This document shows positions 7,819-19,070 of a stretch of DNA of 64,000 nt, piece after piece (the first letter of the stretch is position 1; each line of letters opens with the position of its first letter). Location of the stretch: positions 1 to 64,000 of the IMG/VR virus record IMGVR_UViG_3300031760_000024. One strand, 5' to 3'. The stretch comes from a virus (taxonomy: Duplodnaviria; Caudoviricetes). The position numbers and the translations under genes were made by a program. The notes under the pieces were generated by a model. It saw only the letters and a program-made list of their open reading frames with translations. It did no database searches and was not told where the DNA came from.

Positions 7819-8769
7819 ATGCATATTGTAGATCAATCAATTGAACTAATTAAACACAACGATGATACGTACAAAATTATAGAGCGAATAGCAAGAACAT
7901 GTTATAAGTCAGAAGACAAAATTAAAGATGGTTCTGCGGAGAAGATGGTTGGTGGTTTATATAAATCAAACCATTACAGTATGTTTGAGCATGAATACCT
8001 ATATTTTGAAGTGTTGGAAAAGCACTGGCGGAAAGTAGTGGAGAGTGATTACGAACATCTCAAGTATATTAATCAAGCTTATACGAGCGATGGGAATGTG
8101 ATATTAAGTGCTTCTATCAGAGCGTGGATTGAGTTATTCAACAACATACATACACGTCTTTCTATTTTAGTTGACAGTAAAATGATGGCAATTGCGAGTG
8201 ATAAGTACCCATTGTTGTTCGACAAGCCGCTATATGATGTTGGTTATGGACTGGACGATGCGTGGATGGTAGGTCGTACATATGTAACACAGAATTATGA
8301 CATTAATGACGAAGACAAGACGGTGTTAGTACCGCACACCATCAAGTTTATTACAAGTAGGGCAGTAGCTAACGAGTTGGTACGTCACAGACCCTGCGCT
8401 TTTGCACAGGAGTCACAACGCTATGTGGATTATAACGGTGGTAATAGTGATCATCAGATTTCGGTGATTAAACCACTGATCGACACAGAAGATACACTTA
8501 ATTACGAACAATGGCATTACGCCATGATTATGGCAGAGTGCCAGTACATGCAGCTTCGTAAATGTGGTATCGCACCGGAAATTGCTCGTGGTGTACTACC
8601 AAACGATTGTAAAACAGAGATCGTGGTTACTGCTACCGAGCAGGAATGGCAACATATCATAAACCTGCGTTATCACGGTACAACTGGTAGACCGCATCCG
8701 CAGATGAAGGAACTAATGACCTTAGCATATCCAATATTAAAGGAGGAATCAAATGGCAGAATCACGTAG
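7819..8769 (+). CDS. thyX: FAD-dependent thymidylate synthase
   Basis: RAVANELVRHRPCAFAQESQRYV and EIARGVLP motifs; N-terminal ARTCY/SMFEH. Confidence 0.9.
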   Translation: MHIVDQSIELIKHNDDTYKIIERIARTCYKSEDKIKDGSAEKMVGGLYKSNHYSMFEHEYLYFEVLEKHWRKVVESDYEHLKYINQAYTSDGNVILSASIRAWIELFNNIHTRLSILVDSKMMAIASDKYPLLFDKPLYDVGYGLDDAWMVGRTYVTQNYDINDEDKTVLVPHTIKFITSRAVANELVRHRPCAFAQESQRYVDYNGGNSDHQISVIKPLIDTEDTLNYEQWHYAMIMAECQYMQLRKCGIAPEIARGVLPNDCKTEIVVTATEQEWQHIINLRYHGTTGRPHPQMKELMTLAYPILKEESNGRIT

Positions 8770-8774
8770 ACATC

Positions 8775-8981
8775 TTGTTGTGTATCACACAAGAGAAATT
8801 GATCGAAATATTGCGAGACGTAATATACGAGATCGTGGATTTACTCAGATTAACAAAGATAAATCCAAAGATAATAAAACTGGTAGCTTTTTTGCCAACA
8901 ATTGGCGAAAGTATGTATATTAAAAGGAGGAAATTAAAGAATGGCATTTCAGAAACCAGTAATCAACAGAATTACGGCTGA
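8775..8981 (+). CDS. hypothetical protein (start uncertain)
   Basis: Fills the gap between thyX and the ATPase, overlapping the ATPase start. Confidence 0.3.
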   Translation: MLCITQEKLIEILRDVIYEIVDLLRLTKINPKIIKLVAFLPTIGESMYIKRRKLKNGISETSNQQNYG

Positions 8982-10074
8982 TATTAGTAATATCAGTATC
9001 TATCTCCGTTCAGTAAAGAAGTTTGGAAAGACTACACTGTTCAGAGATGTGGTGATGGAAAAGTATGGTGATCCAAGTAGAGGTCTTCTCGTTGGATGTG
9101 GTAGTGAAATTGGTTACGCAATGTTGGATAACCTCAACTACACACAGGTCGAGACTTATGCCGACCTTGTGGAACTCGGTAATTGGCTCATTACGCAGAA
9201 GGGCATTGAGCACAACATTGAAATGATTGCGTTTGACACAGTTGATGAACTTGTACTTATGGCGGATAAAGAAACCATCGCAAGATACAAGAAGGAGTCT
9301 GGCAAAGATTGTAAGTCAATAAAAGGAGCCTTTGGTGGGTTTGGTGCAGGAGCACAGTATTCTGCAAATAACATTATTAAACCTTTTATGTCTGCTCTTA
9401 AGAAGGCTGGTTTTGGTATTTGGGCTATTGCTCATACGAGTATGAAGACCATCAAAAACAAGGGCGATATTGAAGAAGATGGATATCAGATGCTCACTTC
9501 CAACCTTGAGAAGAATGCAGAAAGTGCATTTGGCGATATCTTTGACGTAACACTTACTGGTGTTATTGACCGTAATATGAATTCAAAGTATAAGGAAGGA
9601 TTTAACGGTAAGAAGATTAAAGAGAACTTTGTAACTGATGAAGTTCGTAAGCTGTATTTTAGAGGAACATCTGTAATTGATGCTGGTGGTAGATTTGCGT
9701 CTGGTTCAGTGCCTGAGTATCTTGTGTTTGACAAGGGGAATATGGCTGCGGAATTTATCAAGACTGTAGAAGATGGTATTGAAAAGTCAAGAACAGATTT
9801 TTCTACCGCTCCAGCTGAAAAGAAGGTTGAGCAGAAGGTTGAAATCAATGTTGATGATGCCGAAGATAAGCCGACAGAGAACACGATGTTTGACGATTCA
9901 GTTGGTGAACCAGTTGATGATCTGGCTTCATTGAAGCAGAAGATTATTGACAAATGCAAGGAACTCGGCGGGACTAAATCAGAGAAGGTTATGAATGCTG
10001 TTAAGAATTTTGGTAACCCGAATGCACTTAAAGCAGTTGAAGATGCACAGAAGTATTTAGAGGCACTTAATTAA
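8941..10074 (+). CDS. AAA_24/Sak4-like recombination ATPase (SPbeta YorG-like)
   Basis: Walker A KKFGKTT, IAFDTVD Walker B, IWAIAH; next to SSB. Confidence 0.75.
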   Translation: MAFQKPVINRITADISNISIYLRSVKKFGKTTLFRDVVMEKYGDPSRGLLVGCGSEIGYAMLDNLNYTQVETYADLVELGNWLITQKGIEHNIEMIAFDTVDELVLMADKETIARYKKESGKDCKSIKGAFGGFGAGAQYSANNIIKPFMSALKKAGFGIWAIAHTSMKTIKNKGDIEEDGYQMLTSNLEKNAESAFGDIFDVTLTGVIDRNMNSKYKEGFNGKKIKENFVTDEVRKLYFRGTSVIDAGGRFASGSVPEYLVFDKGNMAAEFIKTVEDGIEKSRTDFSTAPAEKKVEQKVEINVDDAEDKPTENTMFDDSVGEPVDDLASLKQKIIDKCKELGGTKSEKVMNAVKNFGNPNALKAVEDAQKYLEALN

Positions 10075-10104
10075 TAATTAATATATAAAGGAGATAATTA
10101 AACT

Positions 10105-10515
10105 ATGAATAATGTATGCATTGTTGGTAATCTGTGTCGTGATAATGAGCTGAGATATACACAGGGAGAGAACGCAACCGCGATTCTTCGTAATACTGTT
10201 GCTGTTCAGCGTAAGTTTAAAAACAAAACTACTAATGAGTATGAGTCTGACTTTATCAGTATTCAGGCATTTGGTGCGCAGGCTGAATTTATTAATAAGT
10301 ACTTTACAAAGGGTCAGAAGATCGGTATTACTGGTGAGATTCGCACTGGGTCTTACACAAATAAGGAAGGTGTAAAGGTCTATACCACAGATGTTGTTGT
10401 AAATAATGTTGAGTTTGTTTCCAAGAAGGGTGAAACGGAAGCAGTAAAAAATGATGGTGATGATTCGTATATGGCAATTCCTGACACCGACGAAAACTCA
10501 CTTCCTTTTAAGTAA
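10105..10515 (+). CDS. ssb: single-stranded DNA-binding protein
   Basis: MNNVCIVGNL, KGQKIGITGEIRTGSY, acidic tail ending LPF. Confidence 0.95.
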   Translation: MNNVCIVGNLCRDNELRYTQGENATAILRNTVAVQRKFKNKTTNEYESDFISIQAFGAQAEFINKYFTKGQKIGITGEIRTGSYTNKEGVKVYTTDVVVNNVEFVSKKGETEAVKNDGDDSYMAIPDTDENSLPFK

Positions 10516-10552
10516 AAATACTAACTAGATGAAGCATGTTTTCATCTAGTAC

Positions 10553-10641
10553 GGGAATGTACCCAAGTGGTTGAAGGGATCGGTCTTGAAAACCGACAGA
10601 TCGTTAATAGCGGTGCGAGGGTTCGAATCCCTCCGTTCCCG
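10553..10641 (+). tRNA. tRNA-Ser(UGA)
   Basis: GGGAATG/CGTTCCC, TCGGT-CTTGAAA-ACCGA, long V arm, G73. Confidence 0.9.
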
Positions 10642-10690
10642 TACCCCCCCATTTAAATACCTTGTGGTGTATAGGTTAACCACGAATTTA

Positions 10691-10763
10691 GTGCTTGTAG
10701 CTCAGTTGGTAGAGCATTTGACTTTTAATCAAAGGGTCGGAAGTTCGAGTCTTCTCAAGCACA
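10691..10763 (+). tRNA. tRNA-Lys(UUU)
   Basis: GTGCTTG/CAAGCAC, TTTGA-CTTTTAA-TCAAA. Confidence 0.9.
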
Positions 10764-10766
10764 TTT

Positions 10767-10840
10767 CGCCGCATCGTCTAATCGGTTTAGGACACAGCCC
10801 TTTCACGGCTGAAATACGAGTTCGAGTCTCGTTGCGGTGA
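10767..10840 (+). tRNA. tRNA-Glu(UUC)
   Basis: CGCCGCA/TGCGGTG, CAGCC-CTTTCAC-GGCTG. Confidence 0.9.
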
Positions 10841-10879
10841 TATGTACGGTTTGATGATAAACCATTAAACCATCTATAT

Positions 10880-10953
10880 AGCCCCTTCGCCAAGCGGATT
10901 AAGGCACGAGGTTTTGATCCTCGCATTCACTGGTTCGAATCCAGTAAGGGCTG
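10880..10953 (+). tRNA. tRNA-Gln(UUG)
   Basis: AGCCCCT/AAGGGCT (one mismatch), CGAGG-TTTTGAT-CCTCG. Confidence 0.85.
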
Positions 10954-10961
10954 CTATGAAT

Positions 10962-11036
10962 ACGGGAGTGGGCCAATCGGTAGGCCTCCTCATTTGGGAT
11001 GAGGACATCGTGAGGGTTCAAGTCCCTTCTCCCGTA
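10962..11036 (+). tRNA. tRNA-Pro(UGG)
   Basis: ACGGGAG/CTCCCGT, CCTCA-TTTGGGA-TGAGG. Confidence 0.85.
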
Positions 11037-11086
11037 ATATATAATCGAGGTAAGAAATTTATAAAAAATAGAAAGGAATTTAAGTA

Positions 11087-11551
11087 ATGCTTAAGTGCGG
11101 TTGGACTCATTGTAGCTGTGGATGGACTATCTTCGATAACCAAAAGAAAGTTAAGGTCGGGAAAAGATGGTATCACGAAGAATGCGCAAAAGAACGTGAC
11201 ACAATTCAATCAATTATCACAAAGTTTATTGAGAATGTTAATGACACAGTTGATGTAGTTGTTTTACGCAAGGTGATCAATGAAATTATTTATAATGATG
11301 ACAATCCAAGACCTGCTGAGTATGTGATGTATGCTTTAGATTATGCAATTGCGCATCCGGAAATGAAGCTTACATTTGCACAGGGCATGTACCGTATTTG
11401 CGACAATAGAGATGTATTAAAATCATGGTGTCAAAAGGTTGCAGATGAACGTGTTGGGTCACATACGATTCAACTACAAACAGTTGAACAACCGCAAACA
11501 GAACACAATGTAACTGCTAAAAAGAGGCTGGTGTCTGACCTCTTTGACTAG
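11087..11551 (+). CDS. zinc-binding replication-associated protein (possible helicase loader)
   Basis: N-terminal C..C...H.EC motif; directly upstream of the helicase. Confidence 0.5.
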   Translation: MLKCGWTHCSCGWTIFDNQKKVKVGKRWYHEECAKERDTIQSIITKFIENVNDTVDVVVLRKVINEIIYNDDNPRPAEYVMYALDYAIAHPEMKLTFAQGMYRICDNRDVLKSWCQKVADERVGSHTIQLQTVEQPQTEHNVTAKKRLVSDLFD

Positions 11552-11564
11552 TCAGGAGGTACGA

Positions 11565-12941
11565 ATGAACGAACTTGATAACATGGTATCAGAAACTGCG
11601 GAAGCGACGGTTGTTGCGACCGCTTTATGTCATCCTGAATTTACTCTTCATTCTGAGATGTTAAAACCTAAATATTTTTACTTTACAGAGAATGGTTGTT
11701 GGATGTGGGCGATTAACGAATTGTACCAAAATGGAATTGTAAATATAGATGCAGTTAATCTAACAAATGTTATTCAATCTAACAAGGCTGTTGCAAATAC
11801 AATAGCAAAGAAGGGTATTGTAAATATACAACAGTTTATTGAGTTATCTACATTTGCTGCAAGAGATACAGTAGAAGAATATATGCTTGCGGTTAAAGAA
11901 GTATTAACTATGGCATATAAAAGAGATTTATATAAGGTTCTTAACGGTCTTGCAAAGGATTGTACGGATGTAACCGTTGATTTGAAATCATTAGAGAAGA
12001 AGCTGCATGAGAATATTAATACTGTTACTGAGAAATATTTAATTGATGATGATATGCATAGCTCTGGTGATGATATAGATGATTTATGGGAGCAGATTCA
12101 GGAGGATCGTAACACTGATGGTAGTTTTGGTATTCCGACAATCTTCCCAACGCTAACGAAACACGGTTTAGTACATGAAAAAGGTGAAATGATTTTGTTA
12201 TGTGCAAAGCGTAAGGTTGGTAAGTCGTTGTTACTGTTAAATGAGTTTACTAATAAATTAAACATTGGTATGTCATGTATTTATCATGATACAGAAATGT
12301 CAGATAAACTATTCACAATACGAATGATCTCCAATCTGACAGGAATACCACAGGGTATGATTAAAAGTGGTGATTATACAAAGACAGATGCAGATAAGAT
12401 AAGAGATGTATTGTCATGGTTGAAGACACGAAAATATAAACATATATATGCTCCAAGATTTAATGAAACCGAAATATATAACCAGTATAGAATATTTATG
12501 TATAGGTACGGTGAGAATATGTTTGGTTTCTACGACTATTTCAAAGCTACTGGCACTGACTCTTCAATGAACTATAATCAGCTTGGAACACAAGCTAATT
12601 ATATGAAAAACGAGATAGCTGGCGGGTTGCAAATTCCGATTATGGCTGCCGCTCAGTTAAATCGTGATGGAGCAATTGCAGATAGTTTTAGACTTGAAAT
12701 GATTGCTTCTGCCGGATTGAGTTATAGAGAAAAAACATCAGAAGAGATTATGAATGACGGTGGGTTGGATGCAGGTAATTATGTACTACATTTAGATTTT
12801 GCACGTTCTGCTGAACCAATGGGAGAAAAGGAATTTATTAATATTGCAGTTGATGGTTCTCGTATGAGAATTCAAGAAGCAAAAAAGCAACCAGTTAAAA
12901 TAGACCCATTCAACAAGGAGGATAGTGATGATAACGGTTAA
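11565..12941 (+). CDS. DnaB-like replicative helicase
   Basis: AKRKVGKS Walker A, DTEM, FYDYFK, AAQLNR motifs; ATG after AGGAGG. Confidence 0.9.
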   Translation: MNELDNMVSETAEATVVATALCHPEFTLHSEMLKPKYFYFTENGCWMWAINELYQNGIVNIDAVNLTNVIQSNKAVANTIAKKGIVNIQQFIELSTFAARDTVEEYMLAVKEVLTMAYKRDLYKVLNGLAKDCTDVTVDLKSLEKKLHENINTVTEKYLIDDDMHSSGDDIDDLWEQIQEDRNTDGSFGIPTIFPTLTKHGLVHEKGEMILLCAKRKVGKSLLLLNEFTNKLNIGMSCIYHDTEMSDKLFTIRMISNLTGIPQGMIKSGDYTKTDADKIRDVLSWLKTRKYKHIYAPRFNETEIYNQYRIFMYRYGENMFGFYDYFKATGTDSSMNYNQLGTQANYMKNEIAGGLQIPIMAAAQLNRDGAIADSFRLEMIASAGLSYREKTSEEIMNDGGLDAGNYVLHLDFARSAEPMGEKEFINIAVDGSRMRIQEAKKQPVKIDPFNKEDSDDNG

Positions 12942-13629
12942 TGATGTAGTGAGAGACGGTGTTACAAATGAAAGAGGGATTGTTGTTGGGATCAGAAACG
13001 GTATGTATATGGTCAAATTGGATAATGGTGATTCTAATATGTATTTCGAGTATGAGTTGTATCAAGATGCAGACCCCGGAGAGAAGGTGGTTTAGATGTG
13101 GGTATCATGCAAAAAACCACCATTACCATTTTTAAGGGTGGAAATAAAAGATATTAATGAGAGGATGTATCTCGGGTTTTATGCAGGATTTGGATGTTGG
13201 TTAGAAACAGATGGGCATGAGGTCATTAAAAATCCAAACGTATGGAGACATATAAAATCAGATTCAATACTTGAAAAAGAATTTAAGTATAAGATATCTC
13301 AAAGAGCATTAGTAAAAGAGTGTGGTGATTAAATGAAAAGAGGAGTTAAAATTATTTATAACCGTGCAAGATGTAAATTGTGTGGAGATATAATTGAAAG
13401 TAAAAGCACACATGATTTTGTAGGATGTTCATGCTTTATAGAATCACATGGCGAACGGGGAATTGCAGTAGATGGCGGTCATGCATATATCAAGAGATGT
13501 GGTTCACCAGATGCATGTGAAGAAATGTCGGAAACAAGGGCATTTACGGATGAAGAAGTTGATGAATATAATAAAAGAATGTTACGCAAATATGAAGAAT
13601 TTGGTTGGGCAATAGATCTAATGGAATAG
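12928..13629 (+). CDS. three small ORFs (12928-13095, 13096-13332, 13333-13629 zinc-binding)
   Basis: Tandem ORFs; the last has CKLCGD...HDFVGCSC...AVDGG. Confidence 0.55.
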
Positions 13630-13638
13630 GAGAGATAT

Positions 13639-14460
13639 ATGGACAATTGGGAACTTAAACCAGAGGAAATCAAAAAGAAACTGGATGACATGGAATGGAG
13701 TTTTAGCCGTATTAAAACCGCGGATTCTTGTGATTTTGGCTGGTACTTACAATATTTGTCAGGGCTTAAAAAAGAAGAGTTGGCTCCAAACGCATATGCG
13801 GAATTCGGTACGGTTGTGCATAACACATGCGAAAAAATACTTAAGCACGAAATAGATATTTTTGATGCCGTTGATTATTATATCTCAAAATTTAATGAGA
13901 TAGTTGTAACTCCGTTTCCTTCTAATGCTCATGCTGATCTACGCGAGAAAGCATATCAGAGTGGATTGGATTATTTTTCAAATCTGTTATTTGACTTCGA
14001 TAGATATGAAGTACTTGGCGTAGAAAAGGAATGTCATTTTAAAGTTGGAAATTATCCGTTTGTTGGATATATTGATGCTTTATATAGAGATAAAGAAACA
14101 GGAGAAATAATTATCAGAGATCATAAAACAACATCATTTAAATACCTTAAGAATGGATCGCTATCAAAGACAAGCCTTCCTGCATTTGAGGGATATAAAA
14201 AACAGGAGTATTTATACGCTATTCCTGTAATTGAAGAGTATGGCAAGGTCGATTATTTGTCTTGGAATATGATAAGGGATCGAAAAGAAATCAAGATACC
14301 ATTTGTCCAAGAGGAATTTGAAGAAACAAAGGAGTGGGCAATTGCAAACATTCAAAGAATTTACGATGAATTGTTGTGGCTGCCTGACGAAAGTAACTCG
14401 TATTTCTGCAATGTTTTATGTAGCGTAAGGAGTTATTGCCCATACAGAAAAACAGAATAA
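13639..14460 (+). CDS. Cas4/AddB-like PD-(D/E)XK exonuclease with Fe-S cysteines
   Basis: WSFSRI..C, GYIDAL...RDHKT, QxYxY, C-terminal C...C.....C. Confidence 0.8.
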   Translation: MDNWELKPEEIKKKLDDMEWSFSRIKTADSCDFGWYLQYLSGLKKEELAPNAYAEFGTVVHNTCEKILKHEIDIFDAVDYYISKFNEIVVTPFPSNAHADLREKAYQSGLDYFSNLLFDFDRYEVLGVEKECHFKVGNYPFVGYIDALYRDKETGEIIIRDHKTTSFKYLKNGSLSKTSLPAFEGYKKQEYLYAIPVIEEYGKVDYLSWNMIRDRKEIKIPFVQEEFEETKEWAIANIQRIYDELLWLPDESNSYFCNVLCSVRSYCPYRKTE

Positions 14461-14472
14461 GGAGGTGTTACT

Positions 14473-15072
14473 ATGAGTATGTTAACTGGTAAATGTGATT
14501 TTTATGATTCTTTTATGATGATCCACGGTGAATGTAACACGGAAAAGGCATTAGAGAATATAAAGAAGCTAGAATTATATGTACCGGGAAGCGACGGAAG
14601 AGACCATCTCGTTAAAACAGAAACATTATTGGATGTTGCAAAATACTTCCCATATATTATTTCTCATGGTTGTTTTTCGAGTGATGCATTTGTTATTTAT
14701 CTTTCATCAACATCATACATTGACGTTATGGAAAATGAAAGAATTAAATTATATGTTGATGATATAATGCGTTACTGGAAAAAATGCAAGAGGCAGAAAA
14801 AAGCTTTTGTCGTTGAAGAATGTATAGGAAATCAAACAACTTACAATTATGATATCAAGTTATTAATTGCAAATAAAGTACAAAAAGATGGCGATAAAGC
14901 GATATTTGACGATATTCATTTACCGACATATGAACATGCTAGAAAAGAGTGGTTCAAAACGCTAGTTGAATTTGGGTCAAGTGAATACAAAGCTTGGTGT
15001 TGGTGTTTTAATGAGTTTACATTGAATCAGGATTATATTAAAAAACGACTTGGCAGAGCAATTAAAATCTGA
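14473..15072 (+). CDS. hypothetical protein
   Basis: RBS AAGGAGG; 199 aa. Confidence 0.65.
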   Translation: MSMLTGKCDFYDSFMMIHGECNTEKALENIKKLELYVPGSDGRDHLVKTETLLDVAKYFPYIISHGCFSSDAFVIYLSSTSYIDVMENERIKLYVDDIMRYWKKCKRQKKAFVVEECIGNQTTYNYDIKLLIANKVQKDGDKAIFDDIHLPTYEHARKEWFKTLVEFGSSEYKAWCWCFNEFTLNQDYIKKRLGRAIKI

Positions 15073-15084
15073 AAGGTGTCATAG

Positions 15085-16092
15085 ATGAAATATGGTCAAG
15101 ATGATCTTAAAGAAATGGCGGAGAAAATTAATATTGTAGATTATATTGGTCAGACAGAAGAATTGCGTAGGAGAGGACAAAATTATTTTATTAATTGTCC
15201 ATTTCATAAGGGCGATGATACTCCGTCATTATGTATTTATACAGATAGTCAGCGATGGCATTGTTTTGGGTGTAATGCAGGAGGAGATATATACCAATGG
15301 ATTGTAGATAAAGAAAACGTTTCATTCTCTGTTGCAGTACAAAAAGTAATGTCGTTAGTTGGAGTAACTGTTAGACCACATATTGAAAATAAGGCAATGT
15401 CATTTTTTAAAACTATAAAAAAGGCAGTTAACCCTGAATCAAAACAAGAGATTACAAGAACTGTTTTGGACTGGAATAGAGATTATTATGACAAGTATGA
15501 CCATGAGTTGCCAGAAGAATGGTTAAATGAAGATATGAAGCCAGAGGCTCTTAAAGAATATTGTATAATGGTTGATAACTCGGCAAATAGAATTGTGTAT
15601 CCAGTTCTGGATCGGAATGGTGCTCTTATAGGAGTTAAGGGTAGAACAAGAATTAACAATTATAAACTTCTTGGACTGCAAAAATACATGAATTATTACA
15701 AGGTTGGAACGCTTGATTATTTTCAGGGATGGCAACAGGCATTACCATCAATTCAGAGTGGTAAACCAATTATCATATTTGAAGGAATAAAAAGTTGTAT
15801 AAAAGCATGGGGATGGGGAATTAAAAATACAATAGCCTCGGAAACTGCAAAGTTATCTGATGGACAAATTGAGTTGTTGATACGTAATAGGATTCCTGAA
15901 GTTATTATAGGATGGGATACCGATAAGGATTTGCAATGCATTATAGAAGATCAAAAAATAATGATGTTAAAAAGATTTACACGAGTATCTGTTATTATAG
16001 ATACAGATAAATTGTTAGATTCTAAAATGGCGCCAGTAGATAAAGGCGAAGAGGTTTTCCGTGAGTTGTTAGATAGGAGGATAAAAATATGA
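15085..16092 (+). CDS. DNA primase (CHC2 zinc finger + Toprim)
   Basis: CPFH...TPS...WHCFGC, IFEG, IGWDTD. Confidence 0.9.
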   Translation: MKYGQDDLKEMAEKINIVDYIGQTEELRRRGQNYFINCPFHKGDDTPSLCIYTDSQRWHCFGCNAGGDIYQWIVDKENVSFSVAVQKVMSLVGVTVRPHIENKAMSFFKTIKKAVNPESKQEITRTVLDWNRDYYDKYDHELPEEWLNEDMKPEALKEYCIMVDNSANRIVYPVLDRNGALIGVKGRTRINNYKLLGLQKYMNYYKVGTLDYFQGWQQALPSIQSGKPIIIFEGIKSCIKAWGWGIKNTIASETAKLSDGQIELLIRNRIPEVIIGWDTDKDLQCIIEDQKIMMLKRFTRVSVIIDTDKLLDSKMAPVDKGEEVFRELLDRRIKI

Positions 16093-19070
16093 GTGAGTTA
16101 CCAAGTATGGAAGAGTTTAAAACTAAAAACACAACGAACACGATCCAGTTTGATGAACATGTAGTAAATTCGTTGCCGTTGTTCGAGTGTCCGAAGTGCG
16201 GTGGGAATGTGTACAGGGACATGTCTATTGTGTATATGACAAATCCGCCGAAGTACAAGTATTTCTGTAAGGATTGTGGTTCAGTTCACATTTTTTAGGA
16301 GGTTACAATGACAGATAAAGAGTTACTTGATGCTGGATATAAACGATACGATCCACCAATAATACATGCAGATTGTGTAACAGATTTATATCAGAAATGT
16401 ATCAAGGATGATACTGGCAAGCGTTATTTTATCTCAATTGAGAGATGGGATTTCTCCAGGATATCTCACAGGGCAAGTGATACACAACCAAGTTTTGAAA
16501 CAACGGTACAGTTTACTCATAAGAATGGAGAGACGGTTGATATCACTTGTTATAACGGTTGGGAGATAGATCAGATAGAGAAATTTTACGATGATCTTTG
16601 GAAACTTGGATGGTTTAAGTATTACGAAAAGTATTGGACTTATGAGGAGGATGATAACAATGATTAGTGCAAAGGAAGCAAGGGAATTGTCGGAAGAGGC
16701 AATCAACGAAGATTATGAAAAGCAGATGGATCTTATTGATAAGAAGATCAGAGATGCAAGTAGTCGTAAACTCAAGTATGTAACAGTATATGGATATTAC
16801 AGCAACAGTGTAATCATGGCATTGAAAACACAGGGATATGATGTGAAACAAGATGATAGCAATGCATATCATGGCCCACAACTCAGAATAGATTGGAGTC
16901 AGGCATGAAAGTGATCGACCGTAGTTGGCGGTGAGTGCTTGCACCAATGTGGATACAGTTATCAATTATAGCACTGATAGTGGTGATTATTGTAATTATG
17001 AGATGTATTGATAGGAGGAAATGGTGATAATGAATAACAATGGTGACAAAGATATTAAGTGGATGATAGATAAGGAACACCGTGTAATTGTTTGCACACT
17101 GACAAATTGTGAAAAAATTGCATGTGAACGTATTTGGAAATATTGCAAGAGATATCCATTGGAATTTGATAAATACTATCTACGCAAAGAATATGTTGGT
17201 GTGGCTCGGTGTGCCCCGGGTGACGAATGGGATGAAGAATACGGCAAAGCATTAGCACTCAAACGTGCAAAACGTAAACGTGGTGTCGCAGCAAATCTTG
17301 CGGTTATTCGTTATTATAACAAGGCGAAGCATGATCTGAATCGTCTGTTAGAGTACGGTGTGCACGGGGAGGTAGAGTAATGGGTATGTTCTTTTTAGGA
17401 TTATTTCTTGGTGCGTGTATTGGCGTTGTAATTATGGGACTTATGGCTGCGGCAGGTAGGAGTGATGATCATGAACCGTAAACCGGAAGTAATTGAAGCT
17501 GAGTTAGATCGGCTGTATCAGTTTGAAATCGACAAATATGTGGAAGAATGTAATACATGGAAGCGTTATGGTTATAGGATTTACCGTAATCCTGATGGCA
17601 AACATAAGGTAGTAGAACCTGCAAGGCCAAATGATATGTATGGTGATAACGACATCTTTAATGCTTTCGGTGGTATATTCGGAGACATATTTAAAAAATA
17701 ATAAAAAGAAAAGGAGAATAACAAAATGGCAAATTGGTTAGCAAAAGCAGTCTACAGTGATGGTAGTGAGGAAGAGAAGGAGTTTCCGATTGTTGGGTAT
17801 ACTCTTGGTGTATCTATGGACAAAGAAAAAGGTAAGATTGAACAGTTCATGAAGACTCTTAAAGAAGAAAATAATATTGAATGTACATCATGTGCAGTAA
17901 GCATAGTTGAATAATTTTAAGAGGTGAAGTTATGCATAGACGAATGTTGTATATCACTATAAGCCTCATCTTAATGACTCTGATTCTGCTACTCAATATT
18001 GGATCTGTAATCTGGTTTTGGGTAGCAGAACCTGAGATCACAGAACAGCTATACTGGGGTATGTTAGTAAGCCGATTAGCGTTGGCTATATGTCTGTTTA
18101 CAACAGTATTATTGCAATACATCGATATGCGGCTTGATGCTCACGATGATGAACTTAAGGATTTGCAAGAGCTTAAACGTTTGAAAGAAGGTGAAAAGGC
18201 TGATGATAATACCGATTGAGGAACAGGAAACGGTTATCAACTATAACCGTAACGATAAATATGCGGAGATATATACCACTGACACTACGGTAATGACCAA
18301 GCTAGATAAGCGTGTGAAGAGTGGCAAGGATTGGAAGTTGGTTAAGTCAGAGACTAGCGAAGGCCGTGTGGTATCTAAAACATACCAGTGCCCGAAGCGT
18401 CTTGTCAGCTTCCGTGGAACTACAGTAACTCGTGAAATGACACCAGAGCAAAAGGCATTATCGGCTGAAAGACTTCGTATAGCGAGAGAAGAAAAAGCAG
18501 AGCGACTTCGCATAGAAAAAGAAAAACAAGAGGTATAGAGACATGTATTTTGAAGGAGAACCATATGAATTCCATCAGGTAGGTAAGTTTTACACACACT
18601 TCTTATCTGATTTGGATGGTGTAACAGCTGCATTAATTGCGGGCGGATACAGGGTATGCAAAACGTTAGACGGAGATATGATTATTATGGCTCCAAATGA
18701 CTATGATGATGAAGATTTTAACATCGTTTTTCATGATATGTTGGGCATTGATGATGACGACGACGGTGATGATGGCGACGATCCTGATGACCCAGATGAT
18801 AACATAAAGCATTTCCCACGTAACTATTAGGGGGCGTATATGATACATAAGGATAGTGTTACAACAGTTGAAATGCTACGACGTATGCTAGATAAGTTCG
18901 CACCTAATGACATAGTGGTTGTGGATATGAATACCAGTGTTGATATGAATGACTGTCCAGTTACTGGGGTGTTCAAACTTAGAGATCGTGTCGGAGAGTG
19001 TGTGTTGGAAGCATGGGATGAAGACATCACATACGATCCTGAGTACGAAGATGATACGTGGATGGAGTAA
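16089..19070 (+). CDS. cluster of about 10 small hypothetical ORFs (16089, 16308, 16660, 17021, 17462, 17726, 17932, 18191, 18543, 18840)
   Basis: Contiguous + strand ORFs with RBS; includes a zinc ribbon, TM proteins and an Asp-rich protein. Confidence 0.6.

Noticed and set aside
10571-10926. Track ORFs 10571-10840 and 10729-10926
   Set aside because: Shadow frames over the tRNA cluster
7337-11050. Theta (HDV-like) ribozymes at tRNA 3' ends
   Set aside because: Trailers are short or AT-rich with no nested double pseudoknot
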